Positions 24,746 to 37,649 of a DNA stretch of 64,000 nt are shown here, piece after piece. Within the stretch, counting starts at the first letter, position 1. Each line of letters begins with the position of its first letter. A model generated the notes under the pieces. The model searched no databases. It was not told the origin of the DNA and saw nothing but the letters and a program-made list of their open reading frames with translations. Position numbers and translations under genes: made by a program. Location of the stretch: positions 112,780,001 through 112,844,000 of the forward strand of contig NW_024704743.1 of NCBI RefSeq assembly GCF_018977255.1, given 5' to 3'. This DNA comes from Callorhinchus milii (Eukaryota).

Positions 24746-27236
24746 CCTAAGTGACTAGACTTTTTGATGCAGTTAGGCTTCAATCTGAAAATCCAAACGA
24801 ATGAGAAGAAAACTACCATCAGATACGGTTTCTTAGAGTATTTCCCAGCTTTAGGCTCTGATTAGTGCTGTCAAAGCTTTTTGAAGGACCTGTCCATAAG
24901 CAAAGAATCCCCTGTTTTCACTCTTTCTCCAATTATGTAGCATTATTGCTGAAGTTAAGTTCGGAGATTTCTTGCTAAAAGATATAGGAAGATGAAATAA
25001 CTTTCTTGCTTAAAGCAGCTGGAAAATGCTTCCAATACCATTTTACCAAAAGGCTCGGGAAGAAGAGTTCCATTCCTGAATGTTCAATCAGTATCGGTAC
25101 AGCTGAGTAGACTAAGATGATAACAATTACACAGGTTATTAGCGCAGGGTTCATGAAATTTGCTGACCACTGTAGACCTAAAGGACATTATTTTTTACAA
25201 TAATAATAAAAAATGCTCTCTTTGAAGTAGTGTCTCATCAAGTCACCAAGATATCTCAAAGTGCTTTACTGGATATACTGCAAAGTAATGTTGCTGTGTG
25301 TATTTTGAGGGCTCATTTGCCATTTGGGCTAATTGTTGCAGTATCCTGAGATTTAATTTCCAGGATCACATTTAATACTCACCTTTGCTCTTTCCATTAT
25401 TGCAGCTCTTCTGACATTGCTGTGCTTGCATGACTATCCTTATTTATACCTATTTGCTGAACTCTCTGTCGAGAGGTTCGGATAATTACCAATGGGTGTT
25501 CAACATGTTCTGTTCGTAAATATTTATTAACAATGGAATATTTGATAGATTCAGAGCAGGATAGTACATTTATAAGTGCCTTCTTTTGGACATCTCTGAA
25601 GTCTTCCTGCTCCCCACCACTTCCTTATTCCTTCAAGCACCAGTGTCTCCTAAAACTAGGTGACTAATCTCTGCTGAACACTAACATTGTTTGATGGCAA
25701 AATTCATCTTTATATTTTAGTTGGCGATACTGTCCATGCAATCTCTCCAACTGAACCTGGTTGAGTAATGGTATTTGTTGAACAAACTCACCAAACTAAA
25801 ACCTATATCATGATGATATAATGATTCCACTCACGATGGTTTCTCTGTACTTTGTTCCTATTGGGGACGAAACCCAGTATTTTATGGAGGGTGCCCTGTC
25901 AGTTAACTATGAAGACTGCACAAGGTAGGTAGTCTTTTGCAGTAATCTTGTTTTTTCTTCTCTCCATTGATATAATTGGAAGGTGTTAATTTTTTATATC
26001 CTCTTGAATCCAGCATCTTGGGATGTCATCCCAATGTGAAATATGCTATATGAATGCAATTTGTTTTTGTTTTGATTGAATTTCTGCCTTGTAATCCACT
26101 TGCATGCATTGCTTACCAATGTATTTTTGTCTTACAACCTGAATATGAAATGATAATAATCCTGATTTGGTCCTTTCCTGGAGTTTATAAAGGGGGTATA
26201 GAGAATTACTTTGCAAGGGATGCTTTGAATTAGCCTACCTTCAACTGTTGTCGCCAACAGTTTACATGATCATGACATTGAAAACGTAATTGTCTTCCTA
26301 TGAATCTGAAATGCTAATTTCTTGACTTGCTATTTACCTTGGTGTATAAACTGCACTTCTGTGCAGATTTGATGCCCTCTAAATTTAAAGTTAAATTCTT
26401 GGACCACAATTCTCAGGATAAATTGGTGTATTCAGTTGTGGGAAATTGCTATTTGCAAGATGCCTGCCAATTTTGCTTACAGGTGGTCACTACAATTGAA
26501 GCACTTTACAGGGAATTGATTTGATGTTTTATCAAAATATACGACTTGTCACTCCCATTTTCAGACATCTTAATCCTATGGATTTTACAAGGATCCGTTT
26601 GCACAATTTCACTAAACCTAATGAGGAAATTCAGTTTTAAACTGATGCATTTATAAAACCTAGTTGAGCCATATTAAACTTGTCCCTTCAAAAAAAAACA
26701 CTCGTAATTTTAATCAATCCAGGTTAGAACTACTCTTGGCAAAATCAAATATTTAAAGTGATGCAACTACAGAGGCTATTAATTATACAGACTAGGAGCT
26801 GGGGAAGGGAGGATGGACTTACTCGAGGATAAATCTGTTGGATAAATAGACAACCTTCAAAAGCATCTTGTGACACATTCGTAGCAACCAAATTAAAGGC
26901 ACCCCATTATAAGGAGGGTTCACTTAGGCTAGGCTCTGTGGACCTGCAATTGGCTTCAGGGTACAGACCACCACACTCCACTGCCCTAAAAAGGCCAACG
27001 TCTGGGTTGTCAGTTTGCCATTAATGCCTATTCCTAGATGCATGATGCTTGCAAAATGTGCAATTGATGTAACTTTGAAATGACAAATCAAAAGGCAGCC
27101 ATTTGTCAGATGGGGCGTTGATAAGCTACTACACAGAGCAAAACATGTACAAACTGAGGCCATTGGCGACCTGAAGTTGGCAGTTCATTCATGTTTGTTA
27201 AATCCAGGCTTGAGACATTTGACCCAGAGAACTGTT

Positions 27237-27549
27237 ATAATAATAATAATCCTTGCATTTGATATAGCGCTTTTCACGTCTTCTAGACATCCCAAAGCGC
27301 TCCACAGAATATGCTGTAAAGTGAATTGACTGTATATTTGTGGGTGAACGCGGCGGCCAATTGCGCACAGCAATGTCCTACAAACAGTCGTAGATTGAAA
27401 ATGAACAATTTATTATTGTTTTTGGTTTTGGAGGGATTATTATTAGGTGTGTGGAGTAAGGAAACTTGCCCAAGGTTTCGCCCTGCCTGGAATTGAACTC
27501 AGGTCTCTCACTTGCAAAGCGAGTGCTCTAACCACTGAACTACAGGACT
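27237..27549 (-). mobile_element. Full-length young SINE
   Basis: Reverse complement matches the 6811 and 37321 copies end to end. Confidence 0.93.
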
Positions 27550-27761
27550 GAACATACCTAAGTGCAGTGGGAAAATATGAAATAAAAATACTCTGGAATG
27601 CATCAACAGGAAATTGAAAAGGAAAATGAAGCACAAAAACGATGGTGGAGCTTGGGACACACATGGAGTTACTGATTCATTGTTGACAAATCTTGCAATT
27701 TAACCCCTATTTTATCCCAACACAGTAATTACTGACTTGGATCTGTTCTCTGTTTCCACAG

Positions 27762-27775
27762 ATGATACATGTTGA
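27762..27775 (+). CDS. UBE2W: UBE2W last coding exon (DDTC-stop)
   Basis: tgtttccacag|AT GAT ACA TGT TGA. Phase matches the previous exon and completes the known C-terminus ...WWYHDDTC*. Confidence 0.95.
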
Positions 27776-30700
27776 TGCTTCAGATTCTTGATTCTAGTAG
27801 AGGAAAAAATACTACTGAGTCCAAAAGCACTTTGAACAGTCAATCTTTGAACTTTGAACTTTAATGGAGAATGGCCTGCAGGCACTGAAGACTACTTCCT
27901 ATACTGCATTTCTACTAGTGTACATCTGGGCGCATGCTGATAGCTGGTTAAGTCCTTGCAATTGGCCCAATTTGGTTTATTAGCCAGTATTAATGCAGCA
28001 TTTAGGAATATGTTGTAGTTTCACCTAGATAACCATCTTTTATTATTTGTTTACTGTGAGGATATACCTTGTGAGAAGGTTTGAAGCCCTCCTATGTTGT
28101 GCAATAAATAAACATTGATGCATGCGTGGAGATTTAAAAAACGGAAATCTATGTGCAATAATAGCAAAGGGATCCATTTTTAATCAACATTCTCAAATTT
28201 ATTGTACTAAATTTAGTGCGCTATGGTAATATGGCAGGGTATGAAAAAGCTTATGGCATATTTTTGCCATGCCCTTCACAGCAACAAATTGCGTTTAATG
28301 AAGCATTCCAAAAATAAAGGAAAATTTAGAATATTAATTGCCTCATTAGAAAAGGTGTTCAATTAATTTTAGTTAAGTTGAACCAAATGGCCTTTAGAAT
28401 GACTTTTGTGTATTTGCCAGGGTCATTGACTAGCCTTCAGTGTGGGCCCTTTAGTATCCCTTTCTCTCCCCAAAATGCAGTTTTAAACTGGAACACAAAC
28501 CATAATGTATTGCTTCCCATTAACTTTTGTTTTTCCAATGTCACTTTTTTGTTGTCATACTTGAAGAAGCTTCTAATATGAAATATATTTTGAATGAAAG
28601 GCTGTTTCGTCATATTGTTTTGTAAATTATTTTCATTTCACCTGTAGATGGTATCTTGTCTTTAATTCTTTACTATATAAAAAGCCTGATACATTTTGAA
28701 GGATACAGTGATGTTCTGACATTTTTTATTACTTAAGTGTTTAACATAAAATGTGTTATGGGTTATTAGCTTCTCTTTATAATGTAAAGCATAGAGGTAG
28801 TCTTTGTATTACCACTATTTATGAATGAAATTAAATGCCATAAGTTGCAATTTGAAAAGAACTGACTGTTAAAATACGGGACTGAGGCTTATTTACAAAC
28901 TAACAGAAAATTATGATAAATGCACAACAGGTCAATCAGTGTCAGAATGTGTGGCTTTCTAATAGTCAGATTTAAAATATTAACCTTTTCTTTCCATGCT
29001 GATTGATCTGCTGTGAGTTTGTGAGATTTTCTGGTTTTATTTTAATTTCAACTTTCCAGCATTTGCATTTTTTTCTTCTACTTATTGATAATCTGTCTCT
29101 ATATGGCATATATTCCTAGCAGCAGAATTTAGGGCTAGAAGCTAGATGGAAACATTTTCAGGGCACAACCTTTTAAAACCTCCAAAGATATTATTTGAAT
29201 TTGAACACACGGTTGGTGAACTTCTTGCAAAAGAGTGCTGATCTGTATAGGAATTTAACACTGAATATCCTAAGCAGTTTTCCAAATTACTTTTTTTGTT
29301 TGTGACCCTTACACAACCTCTTTGTAAATGTTGAGAACCTGTAAATAACTATGTATTTATTCAGAGTATGCTCTGAATAAACCAAAAGCATTGAGAAGGC
29401 TATTATTAATGATGTAGAGGCAATTGTAGACTTCAAACGGTTAAATACTATGAACATGCTTTCCCCTTTAAAGTATACAAAATAGTGATCATCTTACTAT
29501 TTATTTTCAAAAGATATTGAAGGATGAATTAAACAAAAACAGGTTATCTTTAACTAAGCTTCTTTTAAAAAAAATGGATTAGCAACTCTCCTTGACTTTG
29601 CTATGGTTGGTTGTTATTCACTAATTATTATTATGCACAGCACTCAAATTGCTTTGTCGGGATGTAGCCTTTAGCAGTTCTGTGCGCTGTGATAATTTTG
29701 AGCAGCATTTTGTAAATTCTGACCTGCACTCTTTTTATTTTCCACTGCTTTACTTCAATCTCCAGTGCCTAAATGCTACATGGATTTACAGTTAGCCATA
29801 TTACAGACAAAACTCTGTTTTTTGGAATATCAAGAATTACACCCATTGATTGAAACTTCAGGTTCAATTGCATGCAAACAGTCTACTGACTGTCATCAGG
29901 ATTGTTCAATTATTACATAGTAAGCTAAAACTAGGATTAAAAATGCAGAGAGTTTGAATATCAACAACCAAGCACTGTGAGACCCTTTTTCAGACGAGCA
30001 TGGATTTTTTTTGTACAAAGATTATGACTCATTAATGCTTCTATTTTCCCATCCATCGTTTGAATATAGGCTCCACAATGCACAACATTCTAGGAAAATT
30101 TTCATTTTTCTGTAAATACCATTTTTTTTAAAAAGCAAAATAATGTGAAATCATTGCCTGAGCAGATCAGCAGTATCCCAGTGTCCAATTTGAGGTGGAA
30201 TTCCTGCAGGATCATTTCTTTTAACTAGATTTACTTTTATTTCTTAATTTTTTTTAAAAAAAGAAAAAAGACAATAAATTGTAATGACTAGCTAATTGAC
30301 TTGATGTGACCCGAATGTAGTTTGTGTTCAACTCCTCAAAACCTTATACTTGTAAAAGATTTGCTTTCAGCAATTGCCATTTTTCAATTAATTTATCAAT
30401 TTTCAATGTCATAGGCAGTTGGATTAATATTTTTGTTGTCTGTGATTAATTTGCCACTGTGATGAGTCAAACTTGTACATTGCTTAGTCACACATATGTA
30501 ATTTCTTTTGAGTGTTGCACTATTGGAAAATATAGAGATTAATTAGATAAACAGTAAAAGCAAATCTTAGTTTTATACAATAGGACACTTAAATGTACAC
30601 ATTTTATTTCTTAATAATTGACAGTACACTTTTAGAAAATATTCTCTGAGTATCATTCAAGCTTTCTTTTTACAGCTGTAGTGAGGACTCCACATATGGG

Positions 30701-32745
30701 AATTTCTTGCTCTGCTGTGAGGTAAATTTTCGTTGTGAGATGTTCCTCCGGTTTTAAATATTGTAGAAATGTTGCAGTTCTTCAGTGGATTTTGATCCAT
30801 TCCATTTAGATCTTTCTTAACTGTGCTAAGGCAGAATTCTATGGTCTGCCCTCTGCTCAACAAGATACCTATTAAGAATTTGTATCCTGAGTTTTGCATC
30901 AAGTAATTGATTTAAGTACGTGAGTTAAGAAATTCTTTGATTAAATACTGAACATTGTGCATTTACAGTGTAATTGGTAGTCCGAGACTACCTCTAAATC
31001 GCCCAATGCTAACCAGCTTGTGAAGATATGGATGTGGTACTTTCATCTGGTACAAAAAGCCTAACCCTCTGGAAGCTTGGTGCAGATTTTGATGTAATTT
31101 GTGTATGTATATCGCACGGTGCTGAAAGCAAGACCTATATGTGTGAAGTTGTGCATAGGTCTGTTTGGGTTTAGGCAGTAACAGAATGTATGAGATTGAG
31201 ATTGTTTCAACCAAATGTATTCCTACAACGAGAGTCAATCTATTTTAAGCAGTACATTGTACTTCCCTGCTGTGTCTGACCTTGCTTCTCTCACTGTTTC
31301 TACCCAAGTACGGTTTATTAGTCCTTTATTCGATGCCCTCTTCATCCACTATCAACCTGTTCTTTTACAATGTATGGTGTTTTCCCCAAGGATGCTATTT
31401 TTAGGTAAAATAAACTCCTGAGATTTCCTCACCCCCATGACTTGGGGGTAAATGTACTTTGTTGTGGTGTTGAGCCATGCAGACCAGAAAAGTAACATAT
31501 TTCATCTGTGGTGAGTTTGCTGATATGAGTTGGGAGGTGGTGGTGGGTCTGCTACAATTCTCTGAGCTAAGAAGGGAAAGCTCATAGCACCAGCCTCAGC
31601 TGTCACATCCCAAGTGGATGAACAACCCACCAGTATTCGCTCTTGATTAGGAGTCACTGGCTGCAATAGATGAAGAGGAAAGCTGGCCTGCCCTCAGACA
31701 TGAAAGAAAGAACTTGCATTTTTATAGTGCCTTATCAAGTCAATATTTCAATGCTTTCCAAGTAATTGCTGGCAGGTGTTGTGTTTGCGTTTACCACCAA
31801 AGGTAACTATTTTGCACCAGTAAGAGATGAATGACCAATCAATTTGGAAGATTTGGACCAGGATGCTGGGACAAACCTCATTCTCATTTTGATTTGTCAT
31901 GAGATTCTATAATCCACTCAAACAATCTTTTCAACGTCTCACCCAAAAGATGCAGCACCAAGAATGCAGGGACCCCTCTGCTCAGCCTAGACTATAAGCT
32001 AATTTTATTACTACGCGTTTCTTTTACCACCATCCTCCCACCCCCACCTGCCCGGCCATAATATGAACTGTGCCAGGCTCCTATAAGGACTAGAACCTAT
32101 TTACCAGTAGCATGACTGAACTTTCCCACATCAAAAGTATTTCCTTTAAAGATTAATGACAATTTGCAATTGGAATCTCCAAATATATCCCTTAAACCGC
32201 TCATGCTTCCTTCCTATCAATATGAATCTTGTAATCAAATTTAGGAAGTTGAATAAAAGTAGATAGGCACTATATAAATGTAAGCTGTATAATTTATGTA
32301 ATGAACAGGCTTAAAGATAGCAGTGGGTGACATTAAAGACTCAAAGCATTGTTATGGTTGTCTACTCTGAATCCCTCTATCAAATTACAACCTTTAATTC
32401 CCACCTAGTTCCTGATATCTGATATTTCTGTTTTAGACTTCTTGGTTTGTACAGGTTTATGATGTCATTTCTGTGAATGTGGTATTTGCTGCTTATGCTC
32501 AGTGGGAACAAGATGTGGTGATGGACAGTCATGGGAATCACTTCTGTGAACATGTTCTATATTAATAAATTGCCTGTATATTTTATAATCTTCCGATTAC
32601 CTACAGAAGGTGACATTTCATACTTTTGATTGTGTTTTTTCTTTTCTCCCCTTTTCCCACAAAATTAATTTCATTCTTATGCAAAAAAATGACATTCAAC
32701 ATAGTTGTTTAAAATAATAAAAATTAACATAAAAATCTTGTCTGG
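27776..32745 (+). other. UBE2W: Putative long UBE2W 3' UTR with several candidate poly(A) signals
   Basis: AT-rich, almost free of young repeats. AATAAA at 28103 (doubled), ~28313, 29376, ~30273, ~32252, ~32565 and 32716; the last is followed by a GT/T-rich tract. The 3' end is inferred. Confidence 0.55.
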
Positions 32746-33196
32746 TTTTCATTTGTTTCTTAAATTAAAGGTGAAAACTGTAATGCAAACGGTAATAGGG
32801 AAGTGCTTGTGTCTTGAAAATTCTGTGAAATTGATCTGACCCTGACTATTTCCTGATCTGTTCAATTACATAAGTATAAATTATTGAAATTTTCCTGATT
32901 CTTATCCACAGTTTAGCAATCCCTGCTGGAAAGTATTTGTGGACAACAGCATGCTGAAATTTTTTTTAAAAAAATTGTGGGAATAATTGTTTAGAAATTA
33001 AGTCTCAATTTAAGAATCAACGAAAATTCTGCATGATCTTTAACTTAGGACTGTATTGAGGCTACGAAATGTTGGACTTCAGCAAGATCGAGCTATGATG
33101 TGATGTTCCTCTGTTGAACAGCTTATGCACTCAGGGCCCAAGTCATACATGGATAAAAATGTGACTCTTGAGCGATATCAGAGTGCTGATGGTCGC

Positions 33197-33351
33197 AGGG
33201 AACACACAGCAAGTCAAGCAGCACCTGATGAAAGGTCATTGACCTTAAACGTTAACTTGCTTTACTCTCTCCATAGATGCTGCCTGACCTGCTGCGTGTC
33301 CCCAGTGATTTCTATTTCAGATTTCCAGCATCTGCAGTATTTTGCCTTTGA
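33197..33351 (+). mobile_element. Hairpin-forming non-autonomous element (Penelope-like terminal repeat derivative) with a degenerate hammerhead core
   Basis: 26-nt inverted arms at 33198-33223 and 33278-33303 (22/26 complementary) enclose CTGATGA-AAGGTC-ATT-GACCT-TAAAC-GTTA. A degraded relative lies at ~28900-29070. Confidence 0.6.
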
Positions 33352-34039
33352 TTTAGAGTACTGATGGTGTCTGACTTCAGGGTTATTGAGTTAGTGAGTT
33401 GGCCAGTTGCGCACATGCTCAATGAACAAGGTCCACAGTGCACCCATGCTGTAAGTGAACTCTTACTGTAATGAAACTGCAGTCGTTATAATGCGGCTGC
33501 ACTGTAGCAGCGGCACAGACAAAATATATATTTTTAAATTAACCCAAATAAAATCTCCCAATTTGAGAAACCACAAGAGAAGAAAAATATAAATAAGTTC
33601 CAATATCTCATTGGTTCTAAATAAAGTGAAGTAGAGATGCTGCTTTTTAAACTTTTCCTCTTTCGGACTCGGTTTCGTTGACCACTGATTCGTTGACCAC
33701 CGAATCTTTTTTTTCTCCAACTGTTGTAGTGCATGATTGCTGCCACTTGGCGGTGCGCTTTGAATGGTATTGAAATAGTTACGATTATGACCAGAGATCT
33801 GTGTCATTCTGAATATACACTGATTAAATATAAGGCTTTGTACGTGTTTGCCTACAACACATTACAGTCACAACACTTTACACTATATCCTGCAAAGCAC
33901 TTAGAGATGTTCTGTCCAGCAAATCCCGTCTTAAAAATCCATGTTTGATCAATTTCAGCAATCGCATATCTAACTTACTCCCAGCTTGGGTTCCCATTCA
34001 ATCATTGTAAAGTGCTTTAGAATGTTCTCCTTATGTAAA

Positions 34040-36980
34040 ATTATTGTTGACTTCTCCGCTGCTTTTGATGCTTTAGACCATTCCATCCTCCTCGACCGTT
34101 TCTTTTCCCTCTGAGGGACTGCACACTCCTGGTTCCAATCCTACTTGACCCATCACCTCCACTTCATCTTCACCAAAGGTTTTCCTCCCACCCTCACATA
34201 GTCACTATTGCCTCCCTCCTTTTCCTCATCTACATGCTTTGTCTTAGTGATACAATCCACAGACATGGTTATTTTCGTTCTGTTTGCAATCCAGATTTAC
34301 TGATGTTCTGTCTGCCTGCCTATCAGGCATGAAGGTCTAAATGAGCTCCAACTTTCTGCAGTTCAACAGGGACAACACTGAAGCCATCATCCTATAATCT
34401 TGTCTCCTCACTTCCAACTCTAATCTCGTTGGACTATCCCTAAAACCCATCAAACAAGTGGAAAACTTAGCAGTTTGATCCTCAACTGCCCTTCTTACAT
34501 TTGGTCCCTGACCAAGACTACTTTCCTTTGCCTCTGCCATATTGCTCACCTCTGCTCCAACCTCACTGCAAATTTTGCCGAAACCCTCATCCGTTTCGCC
34601 CACAAATATGTGGTCAATTCACTTTACAGCATATTTTGTGAAGCGCTTTGAGACATCTAGACTAAGTGAAAAGCGCTATATCAAATGCAAGGATTATTAT
34701 TATTATGATTATTATTATCCACACTTTGATCGCCTCCCACCTTGGACTTATCAAATGCATTCATTGTTGATCTCTCAAGTTCCACCACCTGCAAGGTTTA
34801 GCTGATCTAAAACTTTGCTGCTTTTTATAGGTTATATGTTAGTTGTTATTGTTTGTTATGGATTATTGTTATTGTGTGCTATTTGTTGGTGTGTTGGTTA
34901 TAATTTGTTGCTGTTTAAGCACTCTGGGACACTCCCCTGGGTGAGGGCGCTGTATAAATGCAAGTTTTTGTTGGGTGTTATTATTTTTCATAGAATTCAT
35001 AGAATGTTACGGCACAGAAGGAGGCCATTCGGCCCATCGAGTCTGTGCCGGCTCTTTGACAGAACAAGTCACTTTCACTAACCCCAATCACCAGCTTTCT
35101 CCCCATAACCCTGCAAACCCATTTGTTGTGTTATAAGTTTTGTTTGTGTTTTTGTTTGTTGCATGTATTGGATGACACCCAACTGTGCCTCTCTGCTTCC
35201 ATTCTTGACTCCAGAACCACCGCTGTCCTGATAGAATGTCTGTCGGACATCAAGTCCTGGATGAGAGCTAACTTTCTTCAGTTGAACGTCAACAAGACGA
35301 GGCCCTTCCGATTGGCGCTGACAGCATCACTATCCATGGGATGCATATTCCACCTTACTAAGCCAGTCCGGAACCTTGGGGTCTTGTTTGACCCTCAACT
35401 ATCCTTTCTACCCCACATCTGTGCCATGACCCGCTCTGCCTTCCCACACCTCTGCAACATTGCCTGGCTCCGCCACTGTCTCACACCGTAGGCCGCCGAA
35501 ACCCTCATATACTCATTCATAATATCCAGCCTCGACTATGCAAACTCCCTGCTTGTCAGCCTCCCCAACTCCTCTCTCCACAGGCTGCAGATCATCCAGA
35601 ACTCTGCAGCCCGTGTCCTCTCCTGCACCAGGCTCTGTGACCCTATCGTCCCCATCCTCGCCTGACTCCACTGGCTTCCCTTCATACAGAGGATACACTT
35701 CAAGATCCTGGTCCTCACCTTCAAAGTCCTCCATGGCGTTGTTCCCCCCTATCTCTGCGACCTCCTAATCCTCTACCAACCTTCACACTCCCTCCGCTCA
35801 GTTGTCTCGTGCCTTCTTTGCATCGGGTCCGAAACTAAGTTTCCAGCACCTTGGGATGTCCTTGTTTTGTTATTGTGTTATTCGTTACTTAATCTTTGCG
35901 GACCTGCCCTTGCCTGGTTTGATTCCTCTCTCTCTCACCATCTCCACTTTGTTGCCTCTAATGGTTTCTCCTCCAGTCCCCACATTGTCACGTCTGGCGT
36001 CCCCCAGGGCTCTGTCCTTGGCCCTCTCCTTTTTAATATCTACATGCTCCCCCTTGGTGACATCATCCACAGACACAGGGTCAACTTGCATATGTATGCG
36101 GATGACACCCAACTCTATCTTTCTGCCTCCACCCTCAACTCTAGGACCACTGCTGTCCTGACAGACTGCCTGTCAGACATCAAGTCCTGGATGAGGGCAA
36201 ATTTCCTACAGTTGAATGTGAACAATACTGAGACCCTACTGATTGGCTCACGCCATCGCCTCAGCACCTCAGGCTCTGGCAACATCAACCTCCATGGTTG
36301 CACACTTCAACTCACCAGCCAGTCAGGAACCTAGGTGTCTTGTTCGACCCTCAACTGTCTTTTTTTCCCCACATCCAAGCCATGACCCTCTGCCTTCCCT
36401 CCCCTCTGTAACATCGCCCAACTCCGCCACTACCTCACCCCTCAGGCCGCTGAAACTCTTGTTCATGCCTTCATCACCTCCAGGCTTGACTATGCAAACA
36501 CCCTGCTTGTCGGCCTTCCCAACTCCTTCCTCCACAGGCTGCAGATAATCCAGAACTCTGCAGCCCGTGTCCTCTCCCGCACCAAACTCCATGACCCCAT
36601 CTGCCCCATTCTCGCTCTACTCCATTGGCTCCCTATCCTTCAGAGGATCCAGTTCAAGATCCTGGTCCTCACCTACAAACAACAACAACACGATTACATT
36701 TTGTTGTCATTACATTGTAATTACATTTTGTTGTAATTTGTTGTATTCTGCCCCCAACCTCTGGAATTCTATCCCCCAATTACTCTGCCTCGCCCCTCCT
36801 TAGCCTCCTTCAAGTCCCACCTCAAAACTATTCTGTTCAACCATGCCATCGGCCACCCCCCCTCCCCTCCCTTCTCCCCCGACCCCAGCTCGGGTCTGAA
36901 ATGCTGTACACTGTCCAACGCCTTGGGACATCCTCCCGAAGTGAAAGGTGCTCTACAAATGTAATCTTTTTGTTGTTGTG
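34040..36980 (+). mobile_element. Cluster of tandem L2 fragments (~34040-34570, ~35160-35870, ~35900-36980) with a SINE tail (34590-34715) and a CR1 tail (~34988-35120, -)
   Basis: ORF 35867-36334 has RT motifs [17 protein letters not shown] and YADDTQLY. Frameshifts and stops are present; L2 tail at ~36920-36980. Confidence 0.9.
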
Positions 36981-37074
36981 TGTTAGTTGGTTATTGTTTA
37001 TGTGTTGGTTGTTGGTTATTATTGTATGTTGTGTGTTATTTGCTGGCGTTTGATTGTGTATTGATCGCTATTGT

Positions 37075-37290
37075 GGATCACTTTTCCGGGTTTAATAATC
37101 CTTTCAAAAACAAAAAATTTTGGTCGCTCAATCCATGACTGTTTGTGGGACACTGCTGTTCGCAATTGACTGCCGCGTTTCGCCCACAAAATATACAGTC
37201 AATTCACTTAACAGTATATTCTGTGAAGGGTTTTGAGCCCCAAAAGACATGACTAAGGTGCTATGTCAAATGCAAGGATTATTACTATTG
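37075..37290 (+). mobile_element. Long-subfamily SINE 3' part
   Basis: GGTCGCTCAATCCATGACTGTTTGTGGGACAC...CAAATGCAAGGATTATT. Confidence 0.85.
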
Positions 37291-37320
37291 TCTGTTGTGC
37301 GTTATTTGCTGGTGCTCTAT

Positions 37321-37637
37321 GTGGAGTCCTGTGGCTCAGTGGTTAGAGCAGTCGCTTTGCAAGCGAGAGACCTGAGTTCAATTCCAGGCAGAGGGTGAAA
37401 CCTTGGGCAAGTTTCCTTACTCCACACAGAGCCTAATAATAGTCCCTCCAAAAAAACCAAAAACAATAATAAATTGGTCATTTTCAATCCACGACTGTTT
37501 GTGGGACATTGCTGTGCGCAATTGGCTGCCGCGTTCGCCCACAAATATACAGTCAATTCAATTTACAGTGAAGCGCTTTGGGACGTCCTCCCGACGTGAA
37601 AAGCGCTATATCAAACGCGAAGGATTATTATTATTAT
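37321..37637 (+). mobile_element. Full-length young SINE abutting the STAU2 CpG island
   Basis: Complete head, body and (ATT)n tail; CpGs retained. Confidence 0.94.
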
Positions 37638-37649
37638 GTTGCGTGTTGG

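Noticed and set aside
35867..36334. ORF with RT motifs ([14 protein letters not shown])
   Set aside because: 5'-truncated, frameshifted L2 remnant; neither an intact element nor a domesticated gene.
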